DNA of 64,000 bases from Thermomicrobiales bacterium (GCA_019637585.1 JAHBVL010000009.1:1222-65221); one strand, 5' to 3'; numbered from the stretch's first letter, positions 28,876 to 39,480 are shown. Translations and numbers: made by a program. Notes: generated by a model not told the origin, from the letters alone.

Positions 28876-30558
28876 GTGGGAAACCGACTGGACGCTTCGG
28901 AGCGGGATTTCGATCGGAGGCAACTGCTCAAGGGCGGCATCGCACTTTCCGCGGGTGGCCTCATCGCGGCTGCAGCGGTACAGAGCGATGCGCTGGCTGC
29001 TCCCTCGTCGGGCCGGGCTGCGGCGCTCGGCTCCCTTCAGGATGAGGAGCCACAGCAAGGAGGCGAGTTGATCATCGGCTACACCGGCGATGATCCCGAT
29101 AGCCTCGATCCCCAGATCAGCGCCTGGAACGGCACCTCCTCACTGGCGAACAACATCTTCGATTCGCTCATCCTGGCCGACGCCGAAACCAACTCCTACC
29201 ATCCCGCCCTGGCGGAAAGCTGGGAGATCAACGAAGACGCCACGCAGTTCACCTTCCAGATCCGGCAGGGGGTCACATTCTCCGACGGAACACCGCTCAA
29301 TGCGGAAGCAGTGAAGTTCTCGTTCGACAGGATTGCCGATCCGGCCACGGCGTCCAAGCTGGCCGCATCGTTGCTCGGACCGTACACCGGATCCGAAGTG
29401 CTCGATGAGTACACCGTTCAGGCGAATTTCTCGGAGCCGAATGCCGCCCTTCTCGACTCGCTCAGCCGGGCCAATCTCGGTATCGTCTCTCCATCGGCGG
29501 TCCAGGAAATGGGTCCTGATTTCGAGCGCAATCCGGTGGGATCCGGCTACTTCATCTTCGAGGAGTGGGTGGCCAATCAGCACATCAAGCTGGTCAGAAA
29601 CCCGGACTACGCCTGGGCATCCTCGATGTTCACCCATGACGGTCCCGCTCATCTGGATGGTCTCCTCTACCAGGCGGTTCCCGACCTGACGGCGGCACTG
29701 GCCGCACTCGACCAGGAAGAGATTCATGTGCTCGGCGTGGCGGACTATCGCCAGCTGAAGACACTGCAGGAATCCGAGCGGTACAACATCCTCACCTACG
29801 ACTATCGCGGATTCCCGTCCAGTTACCTGATGAACACGGAGAAAGCTCCAACCAACGACATCGCGGTGCGACAGGCAATCCTGCACGCGATCAATCCGGA
29901 CGTGGTGGTTCAGATCTCCTTCGCGGGAGTGCCTGGAGCCGCCAGTGCGCCGTTGACCAGCAAGAGTCTCGGTTTCGATCCCGGGGTCGCGGAGATGTAC
30001 CCGTACGACCCGGACAAAGCCCGGCAAATTCTCGACGACGCTGGCTGGCTCGTCGGGGATGGTGGTGTCCGGGAGAAGGATGGCGAGCGGCTCTCAGTGA
30101 TCTTTATCGGATCGGCTGGCTGGGAGCCCTACGCCATTCCGGTGCAGCCGCTCTTGTCGGAAGTCGGCATCGAAATGGAGATTCGCATTCTGACCTCCGC
30201 TGCCCGAGCAGCTGCGAACATCGCCGGCGAGCACAATCTGGCGGGATTGGGGTTCTCCAGCAGCGATCCGTCGGTGCTGACCAATCTCTTCCATTCGAAG
30301 AACATCGAGAATGGTTTCGCCTGGAGCCGGTTCAACGACCCGACGCTCGACGACTTGCTGGTTGCCGCGCAGGGAGAGCCCGATATCGACGCGCGAGTCG
30401 AGCTCTATCGCCAGATTCAGACGATCATCATGGAGAACGCGCTCTGCGTGCCGCTGGTCGAAGGGCTTTCGGCGACGGTGATGCAGCCCAACGTGCAGGG
30501 GGTGACACTGGACACCCGTGGCTTCCCGTACTTTTTCGACGCCTGGATGAAGAGCTAG
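28876..30558 (+). CDS. ABC transporter substrate-binding protein, family 5 (Opp/Dpp), Tat signal
   Basis: DRRQLLK leader; SLDP, LAESWE, FSDGTPLNAEAVKFS, PVGSG, VRQAI, YDPDKARQILDDAGW. Confidence 0.92.
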   Translation: MGNRLDASERDFDRRQLLKGGIALSAGGLIAAAAVQSDALAAPSSGRAAALGSLQDEEPQQGGELIIGYTGDDPDSLDPQISAWNGTSSLANNIFDSLILADAETNSYHPALAESWEINEDATQFTFQIRQGVTFSDGTPLNAEAVKFSFDRIADPATASKLAASLLGPYTGSEVLDEYTVQANFSEPNAALLDSLSRANLGIVSPSAVQEMGPDFERNPVGSGYFIFEEWVANQHIKLVRNPDYAWASSMFTHDGPAHLDGLLYQAVPDLTAALAALDQEEIHVLGVADYRQLKTLQESERYNILTYDYRGFPSSYLMNTEKAPTNDIAVRQAILHAINPDVVVQISFAGVPGAASAPLTSKSLGFDPGVAEMYPYDPDKARQILDDAGWLVGDGGVREKDGERLSVIFIGSAGWEPYAIPVQPLLSEVGIEMEIRILTSAARAAANIAGEHNLAGLGFSSSDPSVLTNLFHSKNIENGFAWSRFNDPTLDDLLVAAQGEPDIDARVELYRQIQTIIMENALCVPLVEGLSATVMQPNVQGVTLDTRGFPYFFDAWMKS

Positions 30559-30565
30559 GCGGGCA

Positions 30566-31489
30566 ATGGGCGCATATCTCGCCCGGAGACTTCTGCGGAC
30601 GGTTTTCGTCCTCGTCGGCGTCTCCGTGCTGGTCTTTTCGATGACCTATCTCGTCCCCGGTGATCCTGTTCTGGCCATGCTCGGCGAACAGGTGACCTCC
30701 GGGGAGTCGATCGAGAACGTGCGCCGCGATCTGGGTCTGGACCGGTCCCCCCTGGAGCAATATGTCAGGTTCCTGGGGGACGCGGTTCAGGGCGATCTGG
30801 GACGCTCCTGGAGATCGAAGCAGCCGGTGACGGAGATCATCATGGAGCAGCTGCCGGCGACGTTGCAGCTGACCATGGCCGGTCTCGGCTTCGCCGTGGT
30901 GTTTGGCGTCACCATCGGCATGATCGCCGGTGTCCACCGCAACTCCTGGGTCGACCAGCTGAGCATGTTCATCGCGCTCATCGGTGTGTCGATGCCCGCT
31001 TTCTGGCTCGGCCTGCTGCTGATTCTCGTCTTCTCGGTCCATCTGGGATGGGTGCCGATCGTCGGATATGGCGGTCTGAACCGGTTGATTCTGCCGGCGC
31101 TCACTCTCGGACTGCAGGCGTCGGCCATCATCGCCCGCATCGTGCGGGCCAGCATCCTCGAAGAGCTGCGCCGGGACTATGTGACCACGGCGCGGGCCAA
31201 GGGGTTGTCCGAATCCCGTGTGTTGACCTTTCACGCCCTGCGCAATGCGCTGATCCCGGTCGTCACCGTGGTCGGGTTGCAGTTCGGCAGTCTGCTCGGC
31301 GGCGCCGTGGTGATCGAAACGGTCTTTGCCCGGCAGGGGATTGGGAGGGTCGCGGTGACCGCGATCACCGGCAGGGACTTCCCCCTCATCCAGGGAATCG
31401 TGCTCTTCGCCGCCGTTGTCTACGTTCTCGTGAATCTGGGAGTTGACATCATCTACGCGCGTCTCAACCCCCAGATCTCGGTTTACTGA
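30566..31489 (+). CDS. Peptide-type ABC transporter permease (DppB-like)
   Basis: PGDP, GDLGRS, LPATL, SMPAFW, YVTTARAKGL, HALRNALIP, VIETVF. Confidence 0.92.
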   Translation: MGAYLARRLLRTVFVLVGVSVLVFSMTYLVPGDPVLAMLGEQVTSGESIENVRRDLGLDRSPLEQYVRFLGDAVQGDLGRSWRSKQPVTEIIMEQLPATLQLTMAGLGFAVVFGVTIGMIAGVHRNSWVDQLSMFIALIGVSMPAFWLGLLLILVFSVHLGWVPIVGYGGLNRLILPALTLGLQASAIIARIVRASILEELRRDYVTTARAKGLSESRVLTFHALRNALIPVVTVVGLQFGSLLGGAVVIETVFARQGIGRVAVTAITGRDFPLIQGIVLFAAVVYVLVNLGVDIIYARLNPQISVY

Positions 31490-31500
31490 GCAGGTCTGCC

Positions 31501-32409
31501 GTGGAGTCAGTTGCGTCGGTCATCGGACAGAGCAGGGGAGGCTCGATGCGTCAGATGACTGCCCCGCTCAGTCGTTTGACCTCCTTTTTTCGCGAGCTGG
31601 GCAAGCGACGGGGCGCGATGGTTGGCCTCGCGGTCTTTCTTATGCTCGTGGCCATGGCGGTCCTGGCGCCGCGAGTCGCCCCATACAGCCCGAACGCGCA
31701 ATCGATGGAGCGCATTCTGAGTGCACCGAACCGGGACAATCTCTTCGGGACCGATCAGTATGGCCGCGACATCTTCAGCCGGGTGATCTGGGGAGCGCGA
31801 TTGTCGCTGCGAGTTGGCTTTGTCTCTGTGGCGATTGCCGCCTGCGTGGGCACGCTGGTGGGTTTGCTCGCTGGATACTACGGTTCTCGGGTCGATGCGG
31901 TCATCATGGCGCTGACCGATATCCTGCTCGCGTTTCCGAGCATTCTGCTGGCGATGGCCATTGTTGCGGTGCTCGGACCCAGTCTGGTCAACCTGATGAT
32001 CGCCGTCGGGATCGGCGCGATTCCGACCTATGCCCGGGTGGTGCGAGCCTCGACGCTTTCCGCGAAAGAGCTGCAGTATGTCGAAGCGGCGCGTGCGATG
32101 GGGTGCAGCAATGCGCGGGTGATGATTCGCCATGTGCTGCCGAACGTCGTCGCTCCGGTTATCGTGCTGTCGACGCTGGGCGTCGCCGGCGCCATCCTGA
32201 CGGCATCGGGTCTGAGTTTCATCGGACTGGGCGCGCAACCGCCGACACCCGAGTGGGGGGCCATGCTGGCCGAAGGCCGAACCTACATCCAGGACGGCTG
32301 GTGGATCACGACCTTCCCCGGTGTGGCGATCATGCTGGCGGTGCTGTCGGTCAATATGTTTGGTGATGGACTGCGGGATGCCCTGGATCCGCGCCTGCGG
32401 ACCAGGTGA
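31501..32409 (+). CDS. Peptide-type ABC transporter permease (DppC-like)
   Basis: FGTDQYGRDIFSR, YVEAARAMG, HVLPN, LSFIGLG, PEWG, GDGLRDALDPR. Confidence 0.92.
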   Translation: MESVASVIGQSRGGSMRQMTAPLSRLTSFFRELGKRRGAMVGLAVFLMLVAMAVLAPRVAPYSPNAQSMERILSAPNRDNLFGTDQYGRDIFSRVIWGARLSLRVGFVSVAIAACVGTLVGLLAGYYGSRVDAVIMALTDILLAFPSILLAMAIVAVLGPSLVNLMIAVGIGAIPTYARVVRASTLSAKELQYVEAARAMGCSNARVMIRHVLPNVVAPVIVLSTLGVAGAILTASGLSFIGLGAQPPTPEWGAMLAEGRTYIQDGWWITTFPGVAIMLAVLSVNMFGDGLRDALDPRLRTR

Positions 32410-32459
32410 CCTGATACGGAACGTTCGCTGGGAAGCGTCAGAGTCGAAAGGGATCGTCG

Positions 32460-33758
32460 TTGATCGAGATAGAGGGCGCCGCCGGACAGACGGCAGAGAT
32501 TCGGGTCATTCATTCCGGCAATCTGGTCGACGGATCAGGTGCGCCGCCGGTTCCCGATGCGGTGGTGATCATCGAGGGGCGACGAATCGCCTACGCCGGT
32601 CCGCGCGCTCAGGCGCCGGCATTTGACGATGTGCCCACCGAGTCTCGTCTCGATGCGGCCGGCGGAACGATTCTCCCCGGTCTCATCGACAGTCATGTCC
32701 ATCTGACGTTCAACGCGCGCACGGAAGCCAATTCCCCGGCGGTGATCCGGCAAATCGAGACTGATGATGAGTTCCAGATCGCCATCCGAGCGGTGCAGGG
32801 GGCGCAGGCCTGTCTCTCCGCTGGCGTCACGACGATTCGTGACTGTGGCGCCAAGGGATTGGTCACGTTGCGGTTGCGCGATCTGATCGAATCGGCATTC
32901 ATCAACGGTCCGAGAATTCTCGCCTGCGGCATGCCGATCACCACGACCGCCGGTCACTGCCACTGGCTGGGACTGCAGGCGGATACGGAAGAGGAAGTCA
33001 TCCGCGCGGCAAGGTCGATGGCCAAAGAAGGAGCCGATTTCATCAAGGTCATGGCCACTGGTGGTGGCATGACCGACAACAGCAACATCTTCGAACCGCA
33101 ATACACCGTCTCCCAACTCTCCTCGATCGTGCAGGAAGCGCACCGCCTTGGCCGCAGAGCGACGGCGCATTCTCACTCCGGCAAGGGACAGCGCGCCTGT
33201 CTCGAGGCCAGATTCGACATGATCGAACACTGCAACTGGCACTCCCCGGAGGGATGGTCGTTCGATGAGTCGCTGATGAGCGACATCATCCAGGCGGGCA
33301 TGTATGTCGGGATCACTCTTTCAGGTCCCCAGCAGACCGCCGCGAAGCGGGAGACGTCGTTCGACGAGCTGGACGCCGCCCAACAGGATCGCTACCAATC
33401 GCTCCAGGAAATGCGGCACATGGGGGCGAAGATCGTGCTGCACAGTGACGCCATCGCGCCGATCACCTGCTACGAGGACTTCCCGTTCAGTCTGGTCGCC
33501 GCGGTTCGCTACGGCGGATACACCGTCGTCGATGCGATCCATGCGGTCACCGGGTTGGCGGCGGAAGCGATTGGCATCGAAGAGGAAACCGGCGTCCTCG
33601 CCGAAGGCAAAGCGGCCGATGTCCTCGTTCTCGATGGGGATGTGTTCGCCGATGTGCGGGCCATCGGCGCGCCGAAGTGGGTGCTCAGGAATGGGCGCGT
33701 GGTCGCGTCGCAGGGCTACGTCGCCGCGACGACATCCGGCGTCCCGCTGAACGCCTGA
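32460..33758 (+). CDS. Metal-dependent amidohydrolase (Xaa-Pro dipeptidase-like subgroup)
   Basis: PGLIDSHVH, GVTTIRD, GADFIKVMATGG, AHSH, IEH, HSD, GKAADVLV. Confidence 0.88.
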   Translation: MIEIEGAAGQTAEIRVIHSGNLVDGSGAPPVPDAVVIIEGRRIAYAGPRAQAPAFDDVPTESRLDAAGGTILPGLIDSHVHLTFNARTEANSPAVIRQIETDDEFQIAIRAVQGAQACLSAGVTTIRDCGAKGLVTLRLRDLIESAFINGPRILACGMPITTTAGHCHWLGLQADTEEEVIRAARSMAKEGADFIKVMATGGGMTDNSNIFEPQYTVSQLSSIVQEAHRLGRRATAHSHSGKGQRACLEARFDMIEHCNWHSPEGWSFDESLMSDIIQAGMYVGITLSGPQQTAAKRETSFDELDAAQQDRYQSLQEMRHMGAKIVLHSDAIAPITCYEDFPFSLVAAVRYGGYTVVDAIHAVTGLAAEAIGIEEETGVLAEGKAADVLVLDGDVFADVRAIGAPKWVLRNGRVVASQGYVAATTSGVPLNA

Positions 33759-33801
33759 TGGTCCGAGCCGGGCGATGCCGCGCTGTTGACGATGCGTCGT
33801 C

Positions 33802-34827
33802 TCAGAAATGCGTGAACGCCCCGGTTGTGTGCGGAACCTGGTTGCCTGATTCATCGAACATGCGGAGCGAAGCACCGCTGGTGTCCGCTTCGACAACCCG
33901 GCCGATCACCGTGACCATTTGATGGAAGTCATTTGCCGGACCGCTGATCGCGTCGTATGCCTCCTGGGATGCAGTGAACACCAGTTCGTAGTCCTCGCCG
34001 CCGCTCAGCGCCATGGACAGCCAGTCGTGGGGAAAGAGAGCGCGGACAGAGGACGCGACCGGCAGATCGGCGATCTGGAGCTCCGCGGAAACCTGGCTCG
34101 CTGAGAGGATCTTGGGCAAGTCGCCGAGCAGGCCGTCGCTCAGGTCCATCGCAGCGCTCGCGCCCGACGCCAGCAGGAGTTCCCCCAGTTCGACGCGGGG
34201 TTGTGGTTCGAGGAGTGCGTCGATCAGAGCGGGTGCGGTCGCGGCATGGCGGCGAGGGTCATCATCGGGGAGTTGGAGCAGTTTCAATCCGGCCGCGGCA
34301 GCGCCGATCGTGCCACTGACGGCGATGAGATCGCCCACCTGGGCGCCCGACCGGCTGAGAAAGCGACCGTCGCGCGTTTCGCCGACGACTGTGACGCCAA
34401 TCGAGAGGCACTCAGGCGAGCGGACGATGTCCCCGCCGGCAATCAACATGCCGCTCGCTTCAGCCAACCGGGCGGCGCCTCGATAGAAGGCCAGGATGTC
34501 GTCGACAGCAACCTCGGCCTGCAAACCGAGCGTGAATGTGGCCAGCGCGGGCCGGCCGCCCATCGCCGCGATGTCCGAGACATTCACGGCCAGCGACTTC
34601 CACCCGAGCGATTCCCAATCCTGCCAGTCGAGATCGAAGTGAATGCGTTCCACCAGGGCATCGGTGGTGACCAGCAACTGTTCACCGGGGGTGGGTTGCC
34701 AGACTGCGGTGTCGTCGCCGATTCCGACCCGCATCGATGGATGGGAGCGCACCTTGGAAGGAAGTGACTTGGTGATTCGGTCGATCAGCCCGAATTCGCC
34801 GACAGATCCGACAGTCTCGCGGGTCAC
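33802..34827 (-). CDS. thiL: Thiamine-monophosphate kinase
   Basis: GEFGLI, GIGDDTAV, AVNVSDIAAMGG, GGD, MDLSDGL, GGEDYEL; GTG start overlaps the upstream TGA. Confidence 0.95.
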   Translation of the reverse strand: MTRETVGSVGEFGLIDRITKSLPSKVRSHPSMRVGIGDDTAVWQPTPGEQLLVTTDALVERIHFDLDWQDWESLGWKSLAVNVSDIAAMGGRPALATFTLGLQAEVAVDDILAFYRGAARLAEASGMLIAGGDIVRSPECLSIGVTVVGETRDGRFLSRSGAQVGDLIAVSGTIGAAAAGLKLLQLPDDDPRRHAATAPALIDALLEPQPRVELGELLLASGASAAMDLSDGLLGDLPKILSASQVSAELQIADLPVASSVRALFPHDWLSMALSGGEDYELVFTASQEAYDAISGPANDFHQMVTVIGRVVEADTSGASLRMFDESGNQVPHTTGAFTHF

Positions 34828-35942
34828 GTCAATGCCTTTCGATAGGTCTGCACCGTTAGTTCGGCGGTGCGCTGCCAGGTGAACATGGCGGCCCGGAGTT
34901 GGCCTTCCTCCTGCAGACTGCGGCGCAGTCCAGGGCTGTGCAGGAGCCGGAGGAGCGCATTGGCCAGTGCCTCGTCCTCCGGTTCGGTCAACAGCGCGGC
35001 ATGTCCAGCAACCTCCGGCAATGCGCCCCGATTGGCCGCCAGCGCCGGCGCGCCGCAGGCCATCGCTTCCACCAGCGTCAATCCAAACCCTTCGTCGATC
35101 GAGGGGATGACGAACGCGTCGCAGGAGGAGTACCAGAGCGGCAGGGCGTCCTGTGGGATGAATCCCGGCAACCTGATGCGGTCGCGATGCTGGCTGGCGG
35201 CGATCGCTTCCTTCAGTCTGCCAGACTTCCACCCCTCGGCTCCGGCCAGCACCAGATCGTGCGGGATCTCCGGAGCGATCGCATCGAATGCCCGAATCAG
35301 TGCATCCAGATTCTTGCGCGGTTCCAGATTGCCGACTGCCAGAATGAAGGGAGGTCTGAGCCCCTGTTCTGTCCGGAAGCGGTCGATCTCGGCATCGCTG
35401 GAACGTCTGAAAACAGGATCGACCCCCAGAGGGGTGACATCGATGAGATCGGGATCGACATCCAGCAGCTCCACCGTCTCTCGCTTCGTATGCTCGGACA
35501 CGGCGATGATCCGTGCCGCCTGCCCCACAGCCTGACGCACCTGTTCGGTGAGGTACCGGCTGCGGCGTCTGGTGGTCTGTTCCGGCCAGCGCAAAAAAGC
35601 GAGATCGTGGATCGTGACGACCGTGGGAACGCGGGCCAGCTTCGGCAAAACAAACGCAGGTCCGTGATAGAGATCGATCCGGTCTTTGCGCAGTTGAACC
35701 GGCAACACGGTCTGTTCCCAGGCAGTGCGCACCGCAGGATTTTCCAGGGCGATGAACGGCCGGTAGTGTGTGACCGACCGATGACTGCCGCTGTGTCCCT
35801 GAAGAGAGGAGTAGACGACCAGCTCGTCCGGGTCGAGGGCGGCCGGCAGATGGGCAACGAGATGCGCCGAGTAGTGATGAACACCCGACTGCCGCACGCC
35901 GGCTTTCGCAGACATCGTCAGTGCGCCGAAGCCAACCTTCAT
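34824..35942 (-). CDS. Glycosyltransferase family 4 (GT-B)
   Basis: VVTIHDL, AVSEHT, VGNLEPRKN, PSIDEGFGLTLVEAMACG, FTW. Confidence 0.92.
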   Translation of the reverse strand: MKVGFGALTMSAKAGVRQSGVHHYSAHLVAHLPAALDPDELVVYSSLQGHSGSHRSVTHYRPFIALENPAVRTAWEQTVLPVQLRKDRIDLYHGPAFVLPKLARVPTVVTIHDLAFLRWPEQTTRRRSRYLTEQVRQAVGQAARIIAVSEHTKRETVELLDVDPDLIDVTPLGVDPVFRRSSDAEIDRFRTEQGLRPPFILAVGNLEPRKNLDALIRAFDAIAPEIPHDLVLAGAEGWKSGRLKEAIAASQHRDRIRLPGFIPQDALPLWYSSCDAFVIPSIDEGFGLTLVEAMACGAPALAANRGALPEVAGHAALLTEPEDEALANALLRLLHSPGLRRSLQEEGQLRAAMFTWQRTAELTVQTYRKALT

Positions 35943-35969
35943 GCCGCGTTTCCCCGGTGGGAAGTGAAA

Positions 35970-35991
35970 GCGCCATAAATGGCGAGGCTAC
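35970..35991 (-). repeat. REP family D single copy
   Basis: Reverse complement reads GTAGCCTCGCCATTTATGGCGC. Confidence 0.7.
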
Positions 35992-36098
35992 GCATGGTGT
36001 TCATATTGCATGAGAATCGGGATGCCGCGCAGCGCATGGTATTCTCGCCCTCTGGACGGAATACTCCGTGAGACGCCGGCGCACACGCCGCATTCTGA

Positions 36099-39050
36099 AT
36101 GCCTTTGACTTCGACCAACGCGAATCCTGCATCCCTGATCTCCGGCAACGACGCGCCAGTCGCATCGGGCGGAGACGTATCGTCCGTGGCCACAGACTCG
36201 CTCACCGAGTCTCAGATCGACCAGTTCGCGACCCTCTATCCTTTCCCGCTCGATGGTTTTCAGCGGGATGCGATCGCCACCCTGATCGGCGACCGGTCGG
36301 TGATGGTGGCAGCGCCAACCGGCACCGGCAAGACCATTGTCGCCGAGTATGGCGTCTATAAGGCATTCGAGCGGACTGGCCGGGTCTTCTACACGACCCC
36401 GATCAAAGCGCTGTCCAACCAGAAATTCCGCGATTTGCGAGCCACGTATGGCGATCAGGTTGGGTTGCTGACGGGCGATGTCTCAGAAAACCGGGATGCC
36501 CGCGTGGTGGTGATGACGACCGAGGTGCTGCGGAACATGCTGCTGCAGTCCCCCTGGGATGTCGACGATGTCGATATCGTCATTTTCGACGAGATCCATT
36601 TTCTTGCCGATCCGGAGCGGGGAACGACCTGGGAAGAGTCGATCATCCTCTGCCCTGACCACGTTCAGCTGATCTGCCTCTCGGCCACCGTGACCAATGC
36701 CGACGAGATCGCCTCCTGGATCAGCCGCACTCACCGGCCGATTCGCCTGATTACCCATCTCGAACGGGCGGTGCCGCTGGCCCTCTACTACTTCATCGAC
36801 AAAGAGCTGCACATGGTCATCGACCACACTGGCAGCCTGATTCGCGACTTTCCCCGCACCGGCGGCGAAGCGCGGCGGCAGGTTGGGCGAGGTTCGGGTC
36901 GGCGTCGTGCCGATGCCGGCGCCGAGGGGCCGGACGAACCACAGCCGCACGAGATCATCGACTCCCTGATTGCCGGCAACATGCTCCCGGCGATCTTCTT
37001 TCTGTTCAGCCGCAATGACTGTCAGGTCTTTGCCGAGCGCTTGGCCATGATGCGGCCGAATCTGGTTTCGCCGCAGCAAGAGCGGCTCATCGACGCCACG
37101 TTGAACACCTATCTGGCGTCGCTCCGGCCGGAGGACCGCGAACTGGAGCAGGTTCAGCTGGTGACAGCTCTGGCCCGCAAGGGAATCGGTTTCCATCATG
37201 CTGGTTTGCTGCCGGTGCTCAAACAGCTGGTCGAGCTCCTCTTCTCCCGGGGGCTGATGCAGGTCGTCTTTGCCACCGATACGCTGGCCCTCGGCGTGAA
37301 TATGCCGGCCCGGACAGTGGTCATTGGCCGGATGAGCAAATGGGATGGCCGCCGGCGCCGGGTGCTGATCCCCAATGAATTCCAGCAGATGGCTGGGCGA
37401 GCGGGCCGGCGTGGGATGGACGCGTTCGGGCATGTCGTTGTGCCTTATTCGCCCTGGTTGCCCTTCCGGGAGATGCTGGAGATCGCCACCGGGCCCCTCG
37501 AACCGGTGCGTTCGGCGTTTGCCGTTCGCTACAACACTGTGCTCAATCTGTGGGATCCGCCCGACGGTGAACGGGTCCGCTCGATGCTGGAGCAGAGTCT
37601 TGCCCAGTTCCAGACCAGCCAGCGCATTCGGCTGCTGGAGGACGACGTCATCGAAATCGGCGGCGACATCGCCGGCATTCCCAAAGGTTGCCTGATCGGT
37701 CTCGATGGGGGGGACGAGCTCCTCGAAGACTATCGGATGCTGATATCGACGCTGCAGACCTCGGAGCAGAAGCTGCGGAGGCTGGAGGAAGATCGCGTTC
37801 GTGTCGAAAGCGCACTGGAGGCGGCGCCCTGGCCCGAACCGGGCCGCCAAACGCTGCGCCGCGTACTGCGCGCCGCGCCGGTGGGGTTGGTCGTTCACGA
37901 GCGCGCTCTCGGCTGGGGCATCTTCATGGGGAAGGCGCTTTCCGGCGTTGGCACGTTCCTTTTCGGTCGTGACCTCCATGTCATTGCCGAGTACCGGCAG
38001 ATCGACTACGTCACCGATGGCAAGGTTGTCGATCTGGCCTCCGCGCTCACCGAGTTGACCGCCAACGAAGACAAGGAAAAGCGCCTCTCGCTGAAGGAGT
38101 CGCGGAAGATCGCCAAACAGCTCAAGGAGATGGAGCTGCCCGATCTCGATGCGATGCGGGCAGAACACCAGGAGCGGGAGGCCGAACGGGTTGCCGCTGA
38201 GCTGGCGCGTCTCGATGAGGTTGTCGGCGAAGCGAGCAGCCAGCGGGAATCACTGATCGCCACCCGCGATCATCACCCCTGTCACCGCTGCCCGGTCCGC
38301 AAGGAGCATCGCGCGCATCTCAACCGAATCGACAAACTGGAAAAAGAGCGCAATCTCCTGCGCGACATCCTCGAGCGGGAGCAAGAAGCCGAGGATGCCC
38401 GCATCCGGGGCGTGATTCGGGGTATTCGCGAGGTGCTCGACCGGTTTGGTTACATGCATCGCGGTTACCCGACGGCCAAGGCCGATATGCTTGCCGCCGT
38501 TTTCGACAACGACGCGCTGATTCTTTGCGAGCTCGTCGATCGAGGTCTCCTCGACCGTCTGGCGCCGGAGGATCTGGCCGAAGTCTTCTCCTGGTTCAGT
38601 TTCGACCGCGACTTCCGCTATGCCAATCATCTCGTGCTCCCGAACGAGCTGCTGACCATTCGCCGCCGTCTGGAAGACATCGAGCACACGATTCTGGGTG
38701 AAGAGCGAGATCATGGGCTCTTCATCAGTGAGGGACACAATCCCAGTTTCTATGGCGCTGCCCGGGCCTGGGCCATGGGACAGACGATGATCGGCATCAC
38801 CGAGCAGATCCAGCTCTCCGAAGGTGATCTGGTGCTCACCTTCAACAAAACCATCGACCTCCTGCGGCAGGTTCGTGAGATGCTCGAAGACGTCCTCCCC
38901 GACCACCCCCTCCGCTATACCCTCCGCGAAGCCGAGCGCTTGCTGCGTCGCGACATTGTGGAGCAGTCGCTGACGCTGGGGTTTGCGCCGATTGTGGATG
39001 GGGACGAGGACTTGGGGAAGGCGGAGCAGGAAATAGGAGATGGGAGATAG
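36099..39050 (+). CDS. Ski2/HelY-like DExH RNA helicase
   Basis: APTGTGKT, PIKALSNQK, DEIH, LSAT, HHAGLLP, TDTLALGVNMPA, QMAGRAGRRG; DSHCT-like C-terminus. Confidence 0.92.
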   Translation: MPLTSTNANPASLISGNDAPVASGGDVSSVATDSLTESQIDQFATLYPFPLDGFQRDAIATLIGDRSVMVAAPTGTGKTIVAEYGVYKAFERTGRVFYTTPIKALSNQKFRDLRATYGDQVGLLTGDVSENRDARVVVMTTEVLRNMLLQSPWDVDDVDIVIFDEIHFLADPERGTTWEESIILCPDHVQLICLSATVTNADEIASWISRTHRPIRLITHLERAVPLALYYFIDKELHMVIDHTGSLIRDFPRTGGEARRQVGRGSGRRRADAGAEGPDEPQPHEIIDSLIAGNMLPAIFFLFSRNDCQVFAERLAMMRPNLVSPQQERLIDATLNTYLASLRPEDRELEQVQLVTALARKGIGFHHAGLLPVLKQLVELLFSRGLMQVVFATDTLALGVNMPARTVVIGRMSKWDGRRRRVLIPNEFQQMAGRAGRRGMDAFGHVVVPYSPWLPFREMLEIATGPLEPVRSAFAVRYNTVLNLWDPPDGERVRSMLEQSLAQFQTSQRIRLLEDDVIEIGGDIAGIPKGCLIGLDGGDELLEDYRMLISTLQTSEQKLRRLEEDRVRVESALEAAPWPEPGRQTLRRVLRAAPVGLVVHERALGWGIFMGKALSGVGTFLFGRDLHVIAEYRQIDYVTDGKVVDLASALTELTANEDKEKRLSLKESRKIAKQLKEMELPDLDAMRAEHQEREAERVAAELARLDEVVGEASSQRESLIATRDHHPCHRCPVRKEHRAHLNRIDKLEKERNLLRDILEREQEAEDARIRGVIRGIREVLDRFGYMHRGYPTAKADMLAAVFDNDALILCELVDRGLLDRLAPEDLAEVFSWFSFDRDFRYANHLVLPNELLTIRRRLEDIEHTILGEERDHGLFISEGHNPSFYGAARAWAMGQTMIGITEQIQLSEGDLVLTFNKTIDLLRQVREMLEDVLPDHPLRYTLREAERLLRRDIVEQSLTLGFAPIVDGDEDLGKAEQEIGDGR

Positions 39051-39122
39051 GAAGGGGTTGGTGGACAGCCCACACGAAACACTATTTCCTGTTCCCTATT
39101 TCCCCATTCCCCACGCCCCATT
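39031..39122. repeat. Facing degenerate heptamer arrays (ARATRGG / CCYCATT-like)
   Basis: AAATAGG AGATGGG AGATAGG (contains the helicase stop) and ACTATTT CCTGTTC CCTATTT CCCCATT CCCCACG CCCCATT. Confidence 0.65.
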
Positions 39123-39177
39123 CGTACTACCATAGTGGCAGTTCCTGGCGCGTCGTTCATGCTTTCCGGAAGCGGTC

Positions 39178-39480
39178 ATGATGCATCCGTCAATCGAAGC
39201 CCATCGCGATGAGATCATCCTGCTCTGCGAGGAGTATGGTGTGGCGCGGCTGGAAGTCTTCGGCTCGGCGGTGAGCGGTAAGTTCGATCCGGATCGGAGC
39301 GACGTCGACTTCCTGGTCGAGTTCGGTGACCACTTCAGGTATGGAGGACTCCTCGACTTCAAGGAAGCCCTGGAGTCGTTGCTCGGGAGAGAAGTGCAGC
39401 TCGTCTCCCGAAAATACCTTCGCAATCCCTATTTCATACGTGCTGTCGAAACGACCAAAGTTCCCCTCTATGCTGCCTAG
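39178..39480 (+). CDS. Minimal nucleotidyltransferase (MntA-type antitoxin)
   Basis: LEVFGS..SDVDFLVEF nucleotidyltransferase motif, 100 aa, LRNPYF. Confidence 0.9.
   Translation: MMHPSIEAHRDEIILLCEEYGVARLEVFGSAVSGKFDPDRSDVDFLVEFGDHFRYGGLLDFKEALESLLGREVQLVSRKYLRNPYFIRAVETTKVPLYAA

Noticed and set aside
33802-35976. 724-aa ThiL fusion or overlapping gene through the glycosyltransferase
   Set aside because: In that frame codon position 1 falls on the GC-rich third position of the GT4 gene, so stops are depleted; the extension is Arg/Gly/Ser-rich noise and ThiL homology begins at the GTG at 34827.
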